A stretch of DNA of 64,000 nucleotides, taken from the NCBI RefSeq assembly GCF_002113885.1, contig NW_018408801.1, positions 115,060-179,059 of the forward strand, given 5' to 3'. This DNA is from Mizuhopecten yessoensis (Eukaryota). This document shows positions 47,601-59,299 of this stretch, piece after piece. The notes beneath the pieces are model-generated. The model worked only from the letters and a program-made list of their open reading frames with translations, ran no database searches and had not been told where the DNA came from. The translations under genes were made by a program, and so were the position numbers. Position 1 is the stretch's first letter; every line of letters starts with the position of its first letter.

Positions 47601-49681
47601 AGTATCACTAAATATAGACGGTTTATAATCAAATTGTCAAGTGACTATTTACATATACTCACATGTAACGTTTCCGCACGCACCCGTCGGAATGACAATT
47701 TCTACCTCACCATCACAACTTGGGCACATCTTTGGTGAACATACAGTATAACAAACAAATCGTTATTCGTGTAATGACAGGGTACATCTGAGGTAACAAC
47801 GTATATAATACGTATACTTATCGTACTGGGTTCGTACACTATCTGACAATTATTCTAAGGGGTAACTAGAGCAAGGCTGATGTACTTAAATTTAAAACAA
47901 ACAAAAAGCTAAATTACATTTTGCCACTTCTAAACGACTACATTGATTATATCAACTTTTGATTATTTGACTTTAAACACCATTTGGGTAAGTATGAATG
48001 AAGCAAATTTGAAAACTGGTGCTGGAACGGTTGGTCCAAAATTTACAGCAGCACAATTTAAATATGATAAAGACTCCCTCAAAATCGCAACATACTTATA
48101 TATAGTTAGCATAAGTCACGAATACATCCATGCTACTAAAATTGATCCCCGAATACAGCCCCACCATCGAGGACTTATTCCAATGGTCAAGACAAGGAAA
48201 CCACTGGGATCCCATCCCTATAACCCATACAAAAATTGCCATGTATGAAGAAATGAATACTTTCATTCTAACAGGATTTGCCCTGCCTCTGGAGGACTGA
48301 CTTAGCCCCCGAGTCATAACATACGATTGAGCAGAAATTATTTACACAACCATGCTTCTAGAAGTAGCGCAGAGGTCTGACCCCACCCTTAGGGGATTTA
48401 GAGCCCATAAAGAAGTGTTGTTATGCAATAAGTGTGAAACCCACCTGTAGATAAGAGTAAATGTAGTGAGCCGTCTGTACCATGACACGAGCCCAGTTTA
48501 TAGAATTGATGGAGGTTAGATTGTGTTGGCGCTTGAATGGAATGTCCATGAACACTTTTTTAATAGGAAGGTCGAGGTCATCTGATGATCCTTCTACCCG
48601 GAACACGTGGACATTGTCCTCCATAACAGAGGTCATTTGGTGTTCTTGGACACGAGAACATCGTCCCTTCGGTAGTAATACAACAATGTCTACCCATTTC
48701 AAACCACGTATCGCTTCAATGGCAGCACTTCCGGTGTCACCAGATGTTCCTAGAAACGTTAAAAATATAAACAGTCATATCAAGTTTAAAAACTATAATT
48801 ATACCTGCATAAAACTTATTACTAGTAGCATATTTACCGTGAATTAATACCTGATTATGATAATAATGTTTGCCTTTGTATCGCCAATACAATATACTGT
48901 AACGGATATTGCTAATGGATAAAACTTAATCTCAGGATGAGAGCCTTAGGAGCTACAATATTCCATCTAGGTAAGAAAAAGAAAAATCAGTTATATAGGG
49001 TACCTGGATCTGAACACAGTAGCCCAGTGCGCTACCACATCAAAAAATGTCATTATAACTTATTTCTTGCGAACACATAATATATCAAACAGACTTACCA
49101 ACAATGATTGTCAGGTGTTTCTGTCGTTTATTAAGAAAGTATTCCAGAAACTGTCCCACACACGACAGCGCAAGGTCTTTGAAAGCCCACGTGACGCCGT
49201 GGAAGAGTTCTATAATGTTTAGACCATCGTTAAGCTTCGATATGGGTGTGACGTCCGGATGGGTGAAACGGCCGAATGCTTTGTCCAATAAACCTGGATG
49301 AATAGTAAAACAAAAATAACCAACAGTGTAGCAAATTCAAGCGTACTGTCCAAGTCTGCATATTCATCATCACAAAGTGCGCCGTGGTCATTTGAGGAAA
49401 AATACCTGAATTATTTTAGAAAATGTGACTTCTGTGAGATAACGCTAAAACAACGTACCGTTCAGTTCGTCCTTTGGAATCTCGTCCTCTCCCACAAACA
49501 ACGGTACGATTTCTTTAACTAGCCCCACGTAAGACAGCTTGGACCACGATTTCAGAGTGTCTGTGGTGATGGTTGGAATTGTCTCCGGAAGTATAATTCC
49601 ACCATCTTCAGCATATCCGGTATACAGGGCCTCCTCAAATGTAAGACCGGTGACACCACCTCTTGTACTACAGTATCGCAT
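41385..49681 (-). CDS. THNSL2: Threonine synthase-like 2 (PLP-dependent, fold type II), 8 exons, ~476 aa
   Basis: Exons 49459-49681, 49099-49293, 48445-48749, 47663-47729, 46934-47082, 44099-44224, 41869-42011, 41385-41607 join in frame (1431 nt). Motifs [20 protein letters not shown] (PLP Lys), [52 protein letters not shown]. Kozak context GCCACCACCATG. No N-terminal kinase-like domain, unlike THNSL1. Confidence 0.94.
41869..42011 (-). CDS. THNSL2: THNSL2 exon 7
   Basis: [43 protein letters not shown]. Confidence 0.92.
42243..43168. repeat. 43-bp minisatellite, ~21 copies, in THNSL2 intron 6
   Basis: Unit acttgtttactaggtaatgaaaacattgttattatacaatata, interspersed with a variant (acataatataaacgttg). 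Confidence 0.95.
44099..44224 (-). CDS. THNSL2: THNSL2 exon 6
   Basis: [42 protein letters not shown]. Confidence 0.9.
44400..44700 (-). mobile_element. Probable LINE 3'-UTR fragment
   Basis: Minus strand is pyrimidine-rich and ends ...gaataaaatactgtttaaactaaagtaaa. Confidence 0.35.
45100..46600 (-). mobile_element. Decayed non-LTR retrotransposon ORF1 (gag-like, Tx1/L1-type) in THNSL2 intron 5
   Basis: Two CCHC knuckles: [14 protein letters not shown] (45966-46009, frameshifted) and [14 protein letters not shown] (45906-45947); upstream [16 protein letters not shown] segment; multiple stops. Ends are approximate. Confidence 0.65.
46934..47082 (-). CDS. THNSL2: THNSL2 exon 5
   Basis: [49 protein letters not shown]. 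Confidence 0.93.
47663..47729 (-). CDS. THNSL2: THNSL2 exon 4
   Basis: [22 protein letters not shown]; AAG acceptor, GTGAGT donor. Confidence 0.88.
48445..48749 (-). CDS. THNSL2: THNSL2 exon 3
   Basis: [12 protein letters not shown]...[21 protein letters not shown]. Confidence 0.94.
49099..49293 (-). CDS. THNSL2: THNSL2 exon 2
   Basis: Contains [22 protein letters not shown]. Confidence 0.94.
49459..49681 (-). CDS. THNSL2: THNSL2 exon 1
   Basis: [33 protein letters not shown]... Confidence 0.94.
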
Positions 49682-50559
49682 GGTGGTGGCGGTATATACT
49701 TTGTCCTAGTCAAAGCACTGTGAGTCAGGTTAGTGTTCAGGGAGAATCTGTTAAACGGAAACAACCATTTATGTTATACACTGTCATTGGTGGTATCTCA
49801 CAAATGAAAATGTTAAAAGAAAGGAAAGATATATGTACCATATTGAATGTGACAGAGTATTCAACGCCGCGATAATTTACATAATTCGTGTAGTAATACT
49901 ACTTCAAACAAATCCCTATTAATGTGTATCTAAAAAACGAAATTCAAGAATTGGGTATTGATCTATTTGTAATTCTTCCTTCCTGCAACTATGGTCTGTG
50001 TATAACTCTTTCTTCAGATAGCTGTTACCGTGGGCTTGTAAGAATCGCTTTTAGTCGCAATGCATTCTTCCATGCATAGTGTTAACTATCGTATTGATCT
50101 TTCAAGTAATGTTACCGTCGTGTTATATTTATTTCGTTTTTCGGTTTAATTCTGAAACCATTAGCGTACAAATTTCCTGAGATGCGATTTAACGTTAGAG
50201 TGAGTAACGGTGGTATATAATTTGGAACTGTAAGATGTTTTAACAGAAGTCTCTGTTTTAAATAATATGAGATTCATGCATATACCTCATGAAGTACTTT
50301 TTAACGTGGGATTAGCGGCGACTCAAATCCATTGGGCCTAATATAGGTTATGATAAATATGCTAGTAAACCCATACAATGAATTCACTAAGGAAAGTTAG
50401 TACCTTTGCCTAAGTTTAGGTCCAAATATAGCTGTAACAAATGCTCAGGTCCCTGTGATTATACTGACAACGGGTGAACCAGATGAGCAAGGCATTGCAA
50501 AGGCAAGCGTTAAGAAACAGAAGATGGTTAGAAGTACACCTGCAATTATTATATACTAG

Positions 50560-50860
50560 AAAATCCTAAAAAGACACAATATTATAACTGTAGTCATTTG
50601 AGGGAATTCTCAACATCCAGTAAGTAAGGATTTCCATCAAAATGACACAAAACAATCGTTCATGCTTTTTAAAAATACATCCTTTAATAAAAGCAGTTTT
50701 TGCTGGGATGATTAAAATCGTCTTTCAAACAGACAGCAAAGTGTTGTACCGAATGGGGAAACATCCGATTATATCGAAATGAAAGCAGGAGTGCCCAGGG
50801 TATTAACTGGAACACCTTACTATGGGGAAACACGTCTATAAATGACCAAAAAATGAAGAG
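50560..50860 (+). mobile_element. Highly decayed LINE reverse transcriptase fragment
   Basis: SNRQQSVVPNGETSDYIEMKAGVP(QG)...YIND-like translation across frameshifts. Confidence 0.5.
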
Positions 50861-52069
50861 ATGTTCATTGCGGTGCAACACTATATAAAGTAATCGTTTT
50901 GAATAAGTTCTAGCTTTTTAAATATCAAGATATCTAAAATGTATATCAAGACAAGTGAAGTGTGAATGTTCATTCACTCATTTAATTATCTATCTGTCGG
51001 AGTTGTATTTACAATAAGACGAGTTACATAACCAATGAGCTTGCTGTCACGTCCGTATTCGTCGACTTTTTTCGTTTTATTCGTCGATGTGTTTTGGATG
51101 AATATTGTTGTAATTATAGTTTGATATACAAAACATATGTGTACGTATCATTACAAAGGAAACAAAAGTATGATAAGCACTTCAATGTAAATATGATTTT
51201 CAGCACTGTGAACCCCAGACAGCTTTTTTTCAAATGGGTCTTATTTTCAAGACGCCTCCCTGCAAGGAGTCCCTGACAAGACAAGCAAATGATAGAAATA
51301 AATGGTAAAATAAATGGTAAATGATATTTAGTTATAAATTCTTAATCTATCAATCAAATATCATTTACTATTTATTTTGTTTGAAAACTAAGCTGGCCAT
51401 GTTTGATGAAAAAAAAGGAGATAACTGACAATGCTTTAATATGACGCCATTTAAATTACATCAGATGAGTGTCCAATTACTACACACGCCTTTCCAAGCT
51501 GGTGTGTTACCTTTTATGGATCTTATCTATTTTTGCAGATAGTCAATAAGCCATTACCAACACCATGAACAAAGAGGCAATCTACATTTAATAACATTTA
51601 AATATATATACATTTATTATCAGTTTTCTTTTGTGAACTGTTCCTGATCAACCTGATTTGTAAGTCCCAACATTGTATCGCAATACAAAGGTATGGAAAC
51701 TCTTACAACTGCATGTAAATGCTCAGAAAAAAAACGTTAAACTTCCAATTCACGTAGATTGCCCAGATGATAGCATTTGATCTCGCCTTTCACCAAGCAC
51801 CTTTCATTCAATGGCCCCGTACCCGATACACACATCTTCTCTACACCCTTGGATTCTGTTATGACCAAATCAACGGCACGCGGTTAGCTTTTACGATTGG
51901 TTGCAGAAATACAAAAAATAACCAATCACTAGGTTTATAGCTGTCCTTTGACGATTACAGAGGAGCGACACCCAACTTCAAAGTCGAAAGTTGGTCAATT
52001 TTACCGTTACGCTACCGCGCGATTATTTCAGTGTATATAAAGGGGTCAAAGTAAACTACTCGTATATAT

Positions 52070-52367
52070 GTTGGCGACTGTGTCTCCCTCTTCCGGTCGA
52101 GTCGGGGTGTGGTGTTGCTATGCGACTAGCGTCTTCAGGTCAAACCTGAGTTAGGATAAGGCAACATTTGGTCTAGGAGTCTTCCAAACAATTGAGTTAT
52201 AAATTAGTACATGTAGGAAAGACGGCTCCTTCTCTCCTCCATCATCCTTTCTTATCCATTCACTACATACTTTATCCCTTCTACTCGTTTCTTATTTTTT
52301 TCTTCGTCTTCATGATAACCAAACTACTAGACAGTGAAGTGGACGTAAAACCACTCAAACAAGCAAC
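52070..52367 (+). mobile_element. SINE remnant
   Basis: 3' end tgaagtggacgtaaaaccactcaaacaagcaa matches the SINE tail pattern also seen at 11166 and 22320. Confidence 0.45.
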
Positions 52368-53944
52368 TGCTCGTATCATCAGCAAGGTGCGCGTTGCCCG
52401 TACAGAGCCTTCCATTGTGTCATGACATATCCCAAGTGGATAGGAAAGATACTATATCGAGAGCAGAACCAATTGGTTTCGAAGTTGTTCATCAAGACGG
52501 CCATTGGATCACAGAAGGAAAACTGAAATCCAGAAAGATTCTGCCCATCTGATCTCTTTCAAATTTGATCAAATTTAAGGTCATACCAATACTGTGTTGA
52601 GTTAGATGTAGATCATTCAAAACATGCGCAGTAAAAGAAATTTAATTAAAATCGAACTATACAACAGTATATTATGACTTTAAAAAATAAAAACATTGCC
52701 GAGCTTAGCGATGTGATTTTTCTTCCGTATGGCGCAACAGATGTGGATTTGCCCCCAAAAAGGATGACCTCGTCCCCTGCAATAAGGTATATATTGCTTT
52801 AGAAAACGTGTTTTGATCAATGTATCAGTAACGGGCATAGCCACATGACCATAACAGGCTATGCATTTTAATTTCTAGTCTTAATGTATTTTTATATCAT
52901 TTCTACGTACTGTTGTCTGTGACAATTTGTTATTTGATCATCGGAATTTTTGTACTATCGTTGGGTCTCTAAAATCAATTTCTTTTTATTTAGCAGTCCT
53001 GGAATCGTCACGCTAAGCGATGCGATTTAGCCCCCGATAAAAAATGTTAGCATTGAACGGAGTGATAAGAGATTTATGGAACAGCGGGAGCGAGGAGATT
53101 TTTTCACGTGTTGAAAAAAAACACCCACAGAAATATTCACTTCGTGCCATCCTTTAATTACTTCTGTTTCCGTCCACTTACTCCTGCTTCCCGCCACCCT
53201 ACAGGACTTTTCCGTTGTCCCGTACCTCTTTTTTTCCGGGTACCCTACTACTGACAACTTCGTCTGTGACAGTGATGATTGTTATAACTTTTCTTAAACT
53301 TAACTAAGCCTAGTCAACATAAAGTAGGTCACGTGCAATCATATTTGTTTTGTAAGCCATCTATACGTATTTGTTTTGTTTCAGATTGATTTACATGTGA
53401 TCAATTATTAAAATCTGACGTATGAGTCTGAAAATGAAGTTCAATCAATGTATAAGGTCATTTAATACGAAATTTTAAGATACTTAAAAGAGTACGCTCA
53501 CGTTACCGTCACCGCCTCTCATCTGTCGCCGTCTAAGGTCGAGTTCGTATGTTCGACAGATTTTCACCATGTCCAAACCATGCATATTTTTCAGATTTAC
53601 TCAAGCTTCATATAAAACACAAACTCTTCATTCCAAAAGCAATTTCTGAATCTTGTGTTTATTCGTTGCTTTTGTTTTGATAGTATACATATATATATAT
53701 ACTGTACATTAAAAGAAATTTTAGTGCGTTCGTATAAAATATCATACCGCTATTCAAATGCACCTATATGGGTGCATTTGGGTGGAGGGAATTGATATAC
53801 GTCGTAGTCGCTTGTATTTTACCCAGGTATCAATTTGATGCTGATAGTGCTGGGGATTAGTGTGGCAGATTTTGACTGTACATTGGTTTTCGCTCTTTAC
53901 AAACTTAAGTGAGCGTCACCCCTGGAGTATCGAGGATGCTCGAG

Positions 53945-54088
53945 TATCGACTGGGAAGTCTGCAATCGGGAACCGTCGGCACTTTCCGTAAACTTTTTTT
54001 TCCCGTATTTTCTCGTTTACGGAAAGTGCCGACGGTTCCCGATTGGGGAAGTCTGTGGTCGCGTGTTCGATCCCCGGTGGAAGCATAC
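53945..54088 (+). mobile_element. tRNA-derived SINE head interrupted by a MITE
   Basis: After removing the insert: cgactgggaagtctgtggtcgcgtGTTCGATCCccggtggaagca, with a B-box/T-arm. Confidence 0.55.
53963..54045. mobile_element. 83-bp MITE with perfect 31-bp TIRs and 10-bp TSD (Mutator-like)
   Basis: GGGAAGTCTG|caatcgggaaccgtcggcactttccgtaaac...gtttacggaaagtgccgacggttcccgattg|GGGAAGTCTG. Confidence 0.85.
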
Positions 54089-54829
54089 TACTCTAGATCT
54101 CGTTCCTGTTATATATGAATAAACATGAAAGCTATGTCTATTTGAATTTAGTAAATATATCTCTATTTCGGTTAAAGAAATATCTATTACATTTATTAAA
54201 GATATATGTATTTGAATAAGGAGTATCAAATCATAAAGAAAGGTTCCAAAAAAAGCCGCACGCAGCTTTGTCAAAATGAAGCAATACATATATGAGCAAA
54301 GTAGCAATAACGACAGTGCAATTTTTCAGGGCGATCCGACCCTTTATCAAGTCAGGAACGGAACATGAAAATTAACATCACATCATATAACAGAGATAAA
54401 AAGTCACCATGAAACAATAATACAATAAAAATACATAAGCAAACAAACAGAAGTTACTTATGTGAAATAAGCTGCTGTAATCATTGCATATTTAGCTTAT
54501 TACGAACAATGTTGTTGTTGTCAAGTAAGTGCAAAACTTTTACACTTAAGTTAAAATAAAGACAAAGTTAAAATACAGATAATAACCATTAAGATTTGTT
54601 TATGCTTAAGTGCAAAGGTTTGGTTTTTAATTTATTCTTGCAAGGCCGTCAGTCCATATATATATATAGTCTCAATGGCTAAAATGCATATATATCGGTA
54701 CCGTTAGTTTTTGTCAATATTCGCGACACTTATCATGGCTGAAATATATCATAGAGCTACTATTATCAAGAAAAAATATTCTATGTGTATCGGAACAGCC
54801 AACTGGACTGGCCTGGGTCGATCTTCGGC

Positions 54830-54905
54830 GACCGGGTGGCTCAATTGGTAGAGTGTCCGTCTAGAGTTCAGAGGGTCCCGGGTTGGAACCCCGTCTGACC
54901 GTGCA
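54830..54905 (+). mobile_element. tRNA-derived SINE head / tRNA pseudogene
   Basis: A-box TGGCTCAATTGGTAGAG; degenerate B-box GGTTGGAACCC; poor acceptor and anticodon stems. Confidence 0.65.
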
Positions 54906-54996
54906 TTTTTCTTCTTCTGTTTGCCCAACATATATAAATTAAACTTGTACCGATGTATGGTTAGCTTACAGCGTATGCTTGATACACGGGAACTAG

Positions 54997-57452
54997 ATGT
55001 GTGTGGCAAATAAAGATTTCTGGACAACAGTCAAGCCCTTCTTATCAAACAAGGGGTTGGCTGGTGACCAGAGTATTTTGCTTGAGGAAGGTAATAGAAT
55101 TATTACAGATCAAAAGGAAGTGTGTAATATCCTGAATGATTATTTTGTAAATATAGCACAGGATATAGGGACTAGGACGGATAATGTAAGTACTAACAAA
55201 ATGTTAGACAGGATACAGGACACTACAAATAATTCTGTTTTCTCTTTTAAACCTGTATCCGAACACTTTATTAGTCAAAATATTTCTAAATCTAATGTAA
55301 AGAAGGCGACAGGAGTAGATGTCATCTCATCTAAGTTACTTAAGGCTTATTGTTCCAATATTAGCTTGCCTCTATGTACTCTAGTTAACCACATTATTGC
55401 TACATCTTCTTTTCTAGGTATATTAAAGCAAAAACACAGGTTGTGCCGATCTATAAAAAGAAAGATAACACTGACAAGCAGAATTATAGGCCTGTCAGCA
55501 TCCTTCCTTATATCTCAAAACTATATGAAAAAAGCTATTAGTCGGCAACTTTCTGATTTTTTTGAAAATATATTCCATCCATTTGTAGGTGCTTTCAGAC
55601 CAGGTTTTGGATGCCAAACGACCCTGTTGAGATTGGTGGAGGATTGGCGCTCGGCCCTGGATCGCCATGAGTGTTCTGCTGCCATACTTATGGTCTTATC
55701 CAAGGCCTTTGACTGTCTCCCCCACAATCTGCTGCTCAGGAAGCTGGAAGCATATGGGTTAGACAGTCAGGCAGTGAGCCTGATGTCCAGCTACCTGTGC
55801 AGCAGGTGTCAGCAGGTGAAACTGGCTTCAAATTGCAGCACCTGGTCAGGTATTCTTAAAGGAGTTCCCCAGGGATCTATCCTGGGCCCCCTTCTTTTCA
55901 ACATATTTATAAATGATAATTTTGATTGTGTTGGAGATTCATCTCTTTACAACTATGCAGATGACAATGCTATAGGTTACACCCATAAGGATCCTACTAT
56001 CTTAAAATCAATTTTAGAAAAAGATTGTACTAATGTTATTGATTGGTTTAGTAAAAATGATAGGAAAGCCAATCCTGAAAAGTTTCAGGCAATCATCATT
56101 TGAAAACGAACATTTGATAAAATAAAATCTTTTGGTATTGAGATGTATCTCTTAATTGTGAAAAAAATGTCCAATTACTAGGTGTAAATTTTGATTACTT
56201 ATTGAACTTTGACTTTCACATCTCAGAGCTCTGTAAAAAAAGCCTCCAGACAATTATCTGTACTATAAAGGATAGGTACATTTTTGTCTAGGGAAGGGAG
56301 ACAACTTATTTACAACTCTTTCATTGTTTCAAGTTTTAATTATTGCCCTCTTGTGTGGCATTTCTGTTCGGTAAAAAGTGTACGGAAAATGGAGAGAGAA
56401 AAAATCAAGAAAGATCACTACGTTTTGTATATAGTGATTTTTCGTCTTCCTTTGAACTTTTAGGCCAAAAATCAAACTTTGATTTACTACACATAAGACG
56501 TTTAAGACACATGATATGTGAAGTATATAAAATAGTTAAGAAAATCTCTCCACGTTTTATTCATGATATGATTGAAATAAAGGTGTATTACCTAGGGTCA
56601 ACACTACAAGGTATGGACTCTCAAATTTTTCTCCTACGAGGCCGCCCGGGTGTGGAACAGTCTCCCCAATCAACTCAGAAAAGTAGACAGGTACAATGAA
56701 TTTCGGAGACTCCCATTTGCTCTTGTAATGTCTGCCGCAGTGTGTAGTAAATGTACATGTGGCTAGTCCGCTTTGCTTCATGTTTAATTATGTGTGTGTT
56801 TTATGCTGCTTCTTCGGATTTGTGCGGATTTGTGCGAATGTTTGCTATTATTATTATTTTATTAATTTAATTCATCTTATTACTATGTTCCGTTTGTTTT
56901 ACATGGTGTAAATGTGTTTTATATATATAGTGTTGACAGTGGAAATTGTAGCTCATAATGTCTATTTTTATCTGTATGTGCTTTGCTTCAATGTTTTATG
57001 CTAATGTGTATTTTATTGTAAAAGTATTGTCCTGCTATATATATACATGTATATATATGGGGCAAAGAAGTAATTCCAACAGTGTGGACAAGTTTAGGTT
57101 GTCAACTTTTCGAAGCGATCCGCTCCTTTTTCAAGACACAGTGAAACAGAACAGTTACATGTACATATACATCATATTACAAGAAGATAGAATTGATAAA
57201 CTATAATTGAAAATATAGCTATTATATACAGCCGAAGGTAGCAGTTAAGCATGTATATATATATATAGCTACATAACTTCAGTTGCATAGAGACTATGTC
57301 TTAACATTTTCTGTTAATGTGTCATAATGTTTTATATATGTAATTTCTTGAATTGATGCTTTTACTTACGTTTGTCGGAATAATAGCTTTTAATATCTAA
57401 TGTTAAATGTTTTTAAATATCCGACGTTAAATAAACTGTATTGTATTGTAGT
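54997..57452 (+). mobile_element. 5'-truncated, inactive CR1/L2-group LINE (reverse transcriptase, 3'UTR, tail)
   Basis: RT motifs GVPQGSILGPLLFNIFIND, YADD, ANPEKFQ; NYRPVSILP lies in a shifted frame; DLSKAFD mutated to VLSKAFD; C-terminal CSCNVC; ends AATAAA plus (tgtat)n at 57430-57452. Confidence 0.9.
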
Positions 57453-58104
57453 GTATCGTAAATTGCAATGTTTATTGTCGCGGTTACCGTCGCCCAAGTA
57501 CACCTAAAACTTCGCCTCTCTCTTGAATTTTGTTCTCTCTGTTGACGATTCTAGAAATTTCCGAACGCCATATCAGAAAAGAAAAATGGCGACGATAGGT
57601 AGCATGTGCTTGAGGTCCGCGAGGCGAATGACCAGTATTACCCGTTCATATATTCTTCGTACAACACCTATTAGGTAAATATGACTATCATACATTTATA
57701 GCTAATCACATCAGATTTTATTTCGATTTTAATTCCAACTTCCCTCTGTAACCAGAGTTTACTACAAACGCAATGACGTGATGATGATCGCTTGGCAAAG
57801 GTTACATCAGCATTTATATAAGGCCGATTTTATAACTTTGGTTTACACATTAACTTTCACATTATGGCATTTTGACACAAAGTCATTCGATTTCTTTATT
57901 TGACATTTTGACACATTTTCGTCCAGTATCGCCTGCTTGGTTAGTGTCAACATTGAACATGTCAAAATAATATATTTATTGAAGTATGACCCTTCAATGT
58001 CAGATTGAAAATTGATCACTGGTTGATGCATGGTGAAAGACAACCATTATGAGCAATTTGTAAAACCAGAAGATCCCTTCAATCCAGAAATTCCGTGCAC
58101 GGAT

Positions 58105-59086
58105 CACAGGGGCACGTTACAAATGTCTGAAATACACACATATGCTATACTGATATGGGTCACAACACACATAAACAGACACAAGGGAAGAAGCTTCGTC
58201 AGAGCACTCCCGGTACCGCCAAATTTCAAATGAAGATCTTCAACACTTACTTTTGTTATTTTTTTCAGCGATCTGCGGCGATAGCTTCGGTTTGAATTGT
58301 GATTAAATAATCCATCATGATCAATTGTGTAATCATTCGTCTAATACATCCAATCAAGCACTTTTTCGGGGAATTTGCATTTTTACCGCCATGATTACCT
58401 TGAACCTGACCCGGAAATGACGAGGGCTTTTCGACGTGTCTTTATACCATACTGCCAGATACTAAGGAAAGTCCCAAGGACCCCCGAGTAGAGTCTAGTC
58501 CCGCAGCAAATAATTTTTGGCGCAATGTTTAAAACATCATGTCTGGCATCGTGTCCTAGTATGTATTTCACATTAACAGAGTCCAATATTTTTGATACGG
58601 TAACTTTTAAACGTAAAATGCAAAATACGTACCAGGAAACGATGCGAGACATGATGTTTTATACATTGCGCCAAAAATTATTTGCTGCGGGACTAGACTC
58701 TACTCGGGGGTCCTTGGGACTTTCCTTAGTATTTGGCAGTATGTTATAAAGACATGTCGAAAAGCACTCGTCATTTCCGGGTCAGGTTCAAGGTAATCAT
58801 GGCGGTAAAAATGCAAATTCCCCGAAAAAGTGCTTGATTGGATGTATTAGACGAATGATTACACAATTGATCATGATGGATTATTTAATCACAATTCAAA
58901 CAGAAGCTATCGCCGCAGATCGCTGAAAAAAATAACAAAAGTAAGTGTTGAAAATCTTCATTTGACATTGGGCGGTACCGGTAGTGCTCTGACGAAGCTT
59001 CTTCCCTTGTGTCTGTTTATGTGTGTTGTGACCCATATCAGAATAGCATATGTGTGTATTTCAGACATTTGTAACGTGCCCCTGTG
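58105..59086. mobile_element. 982-bp foldback DNA transposon, ~465-bp TIRs, 7-bp TSD (P/Galileo-like)
   Basis: CACGGAT|CACAGGGGCACGTTAC...GTAACGTGCCCCTGTG|CACGGAT; arms ~58105-58568 and ~58623-59086 are near-identical reverse complements. Confidence 0.9.
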
Positions 59087-59175
59087 CACGGATTATGGAT
59101 ATGGTGCAATCGTTTTCCTGCGACAGGCATTTTGAAAGGACAATCAAATTTATACAGTACCTTGTCTTTATTATT

Positions 59176-59299
59176 CACAGGAGCCTGATGTTCTCTCAAT
59201 AATGAATAATAACAGTAATACAAAAAAATACCTATAATATGCTTGATTTTTTGGTATTACTGTTATTATTCATTATTGACAGAACTTCAGGCTCCTGTG
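59176..59299. mobile_element. 124-bp hairpin MITE with CACAGG termini
   Basis: cacaggagcctgatgttctctcaataatgaataataacagtaatac...gtattactgttattattcattattgacagaacttcaggctcctgtg; flanks ttattatt / gtattatt. Confidence 0.8.

Noticed and set aside
41385-49681. Horizontally acquired bacterial thrC
   Set aside because: Seven spliceosomal introns and THNSL2-type motifs indicate an ordinary vertically inherited animal gene.
54830-54905. Functional tRNA gene
   Set aside because: T-loop TTC is mutated to TTG and the acceptor/anticodon stems pair poorly; better explained as a SINE head or pseudogene.
58395-58749. Similar ORFs on opposite strands
   Set aside because: Mirror images produced by the foldback inverted repeat; no protein motifs.
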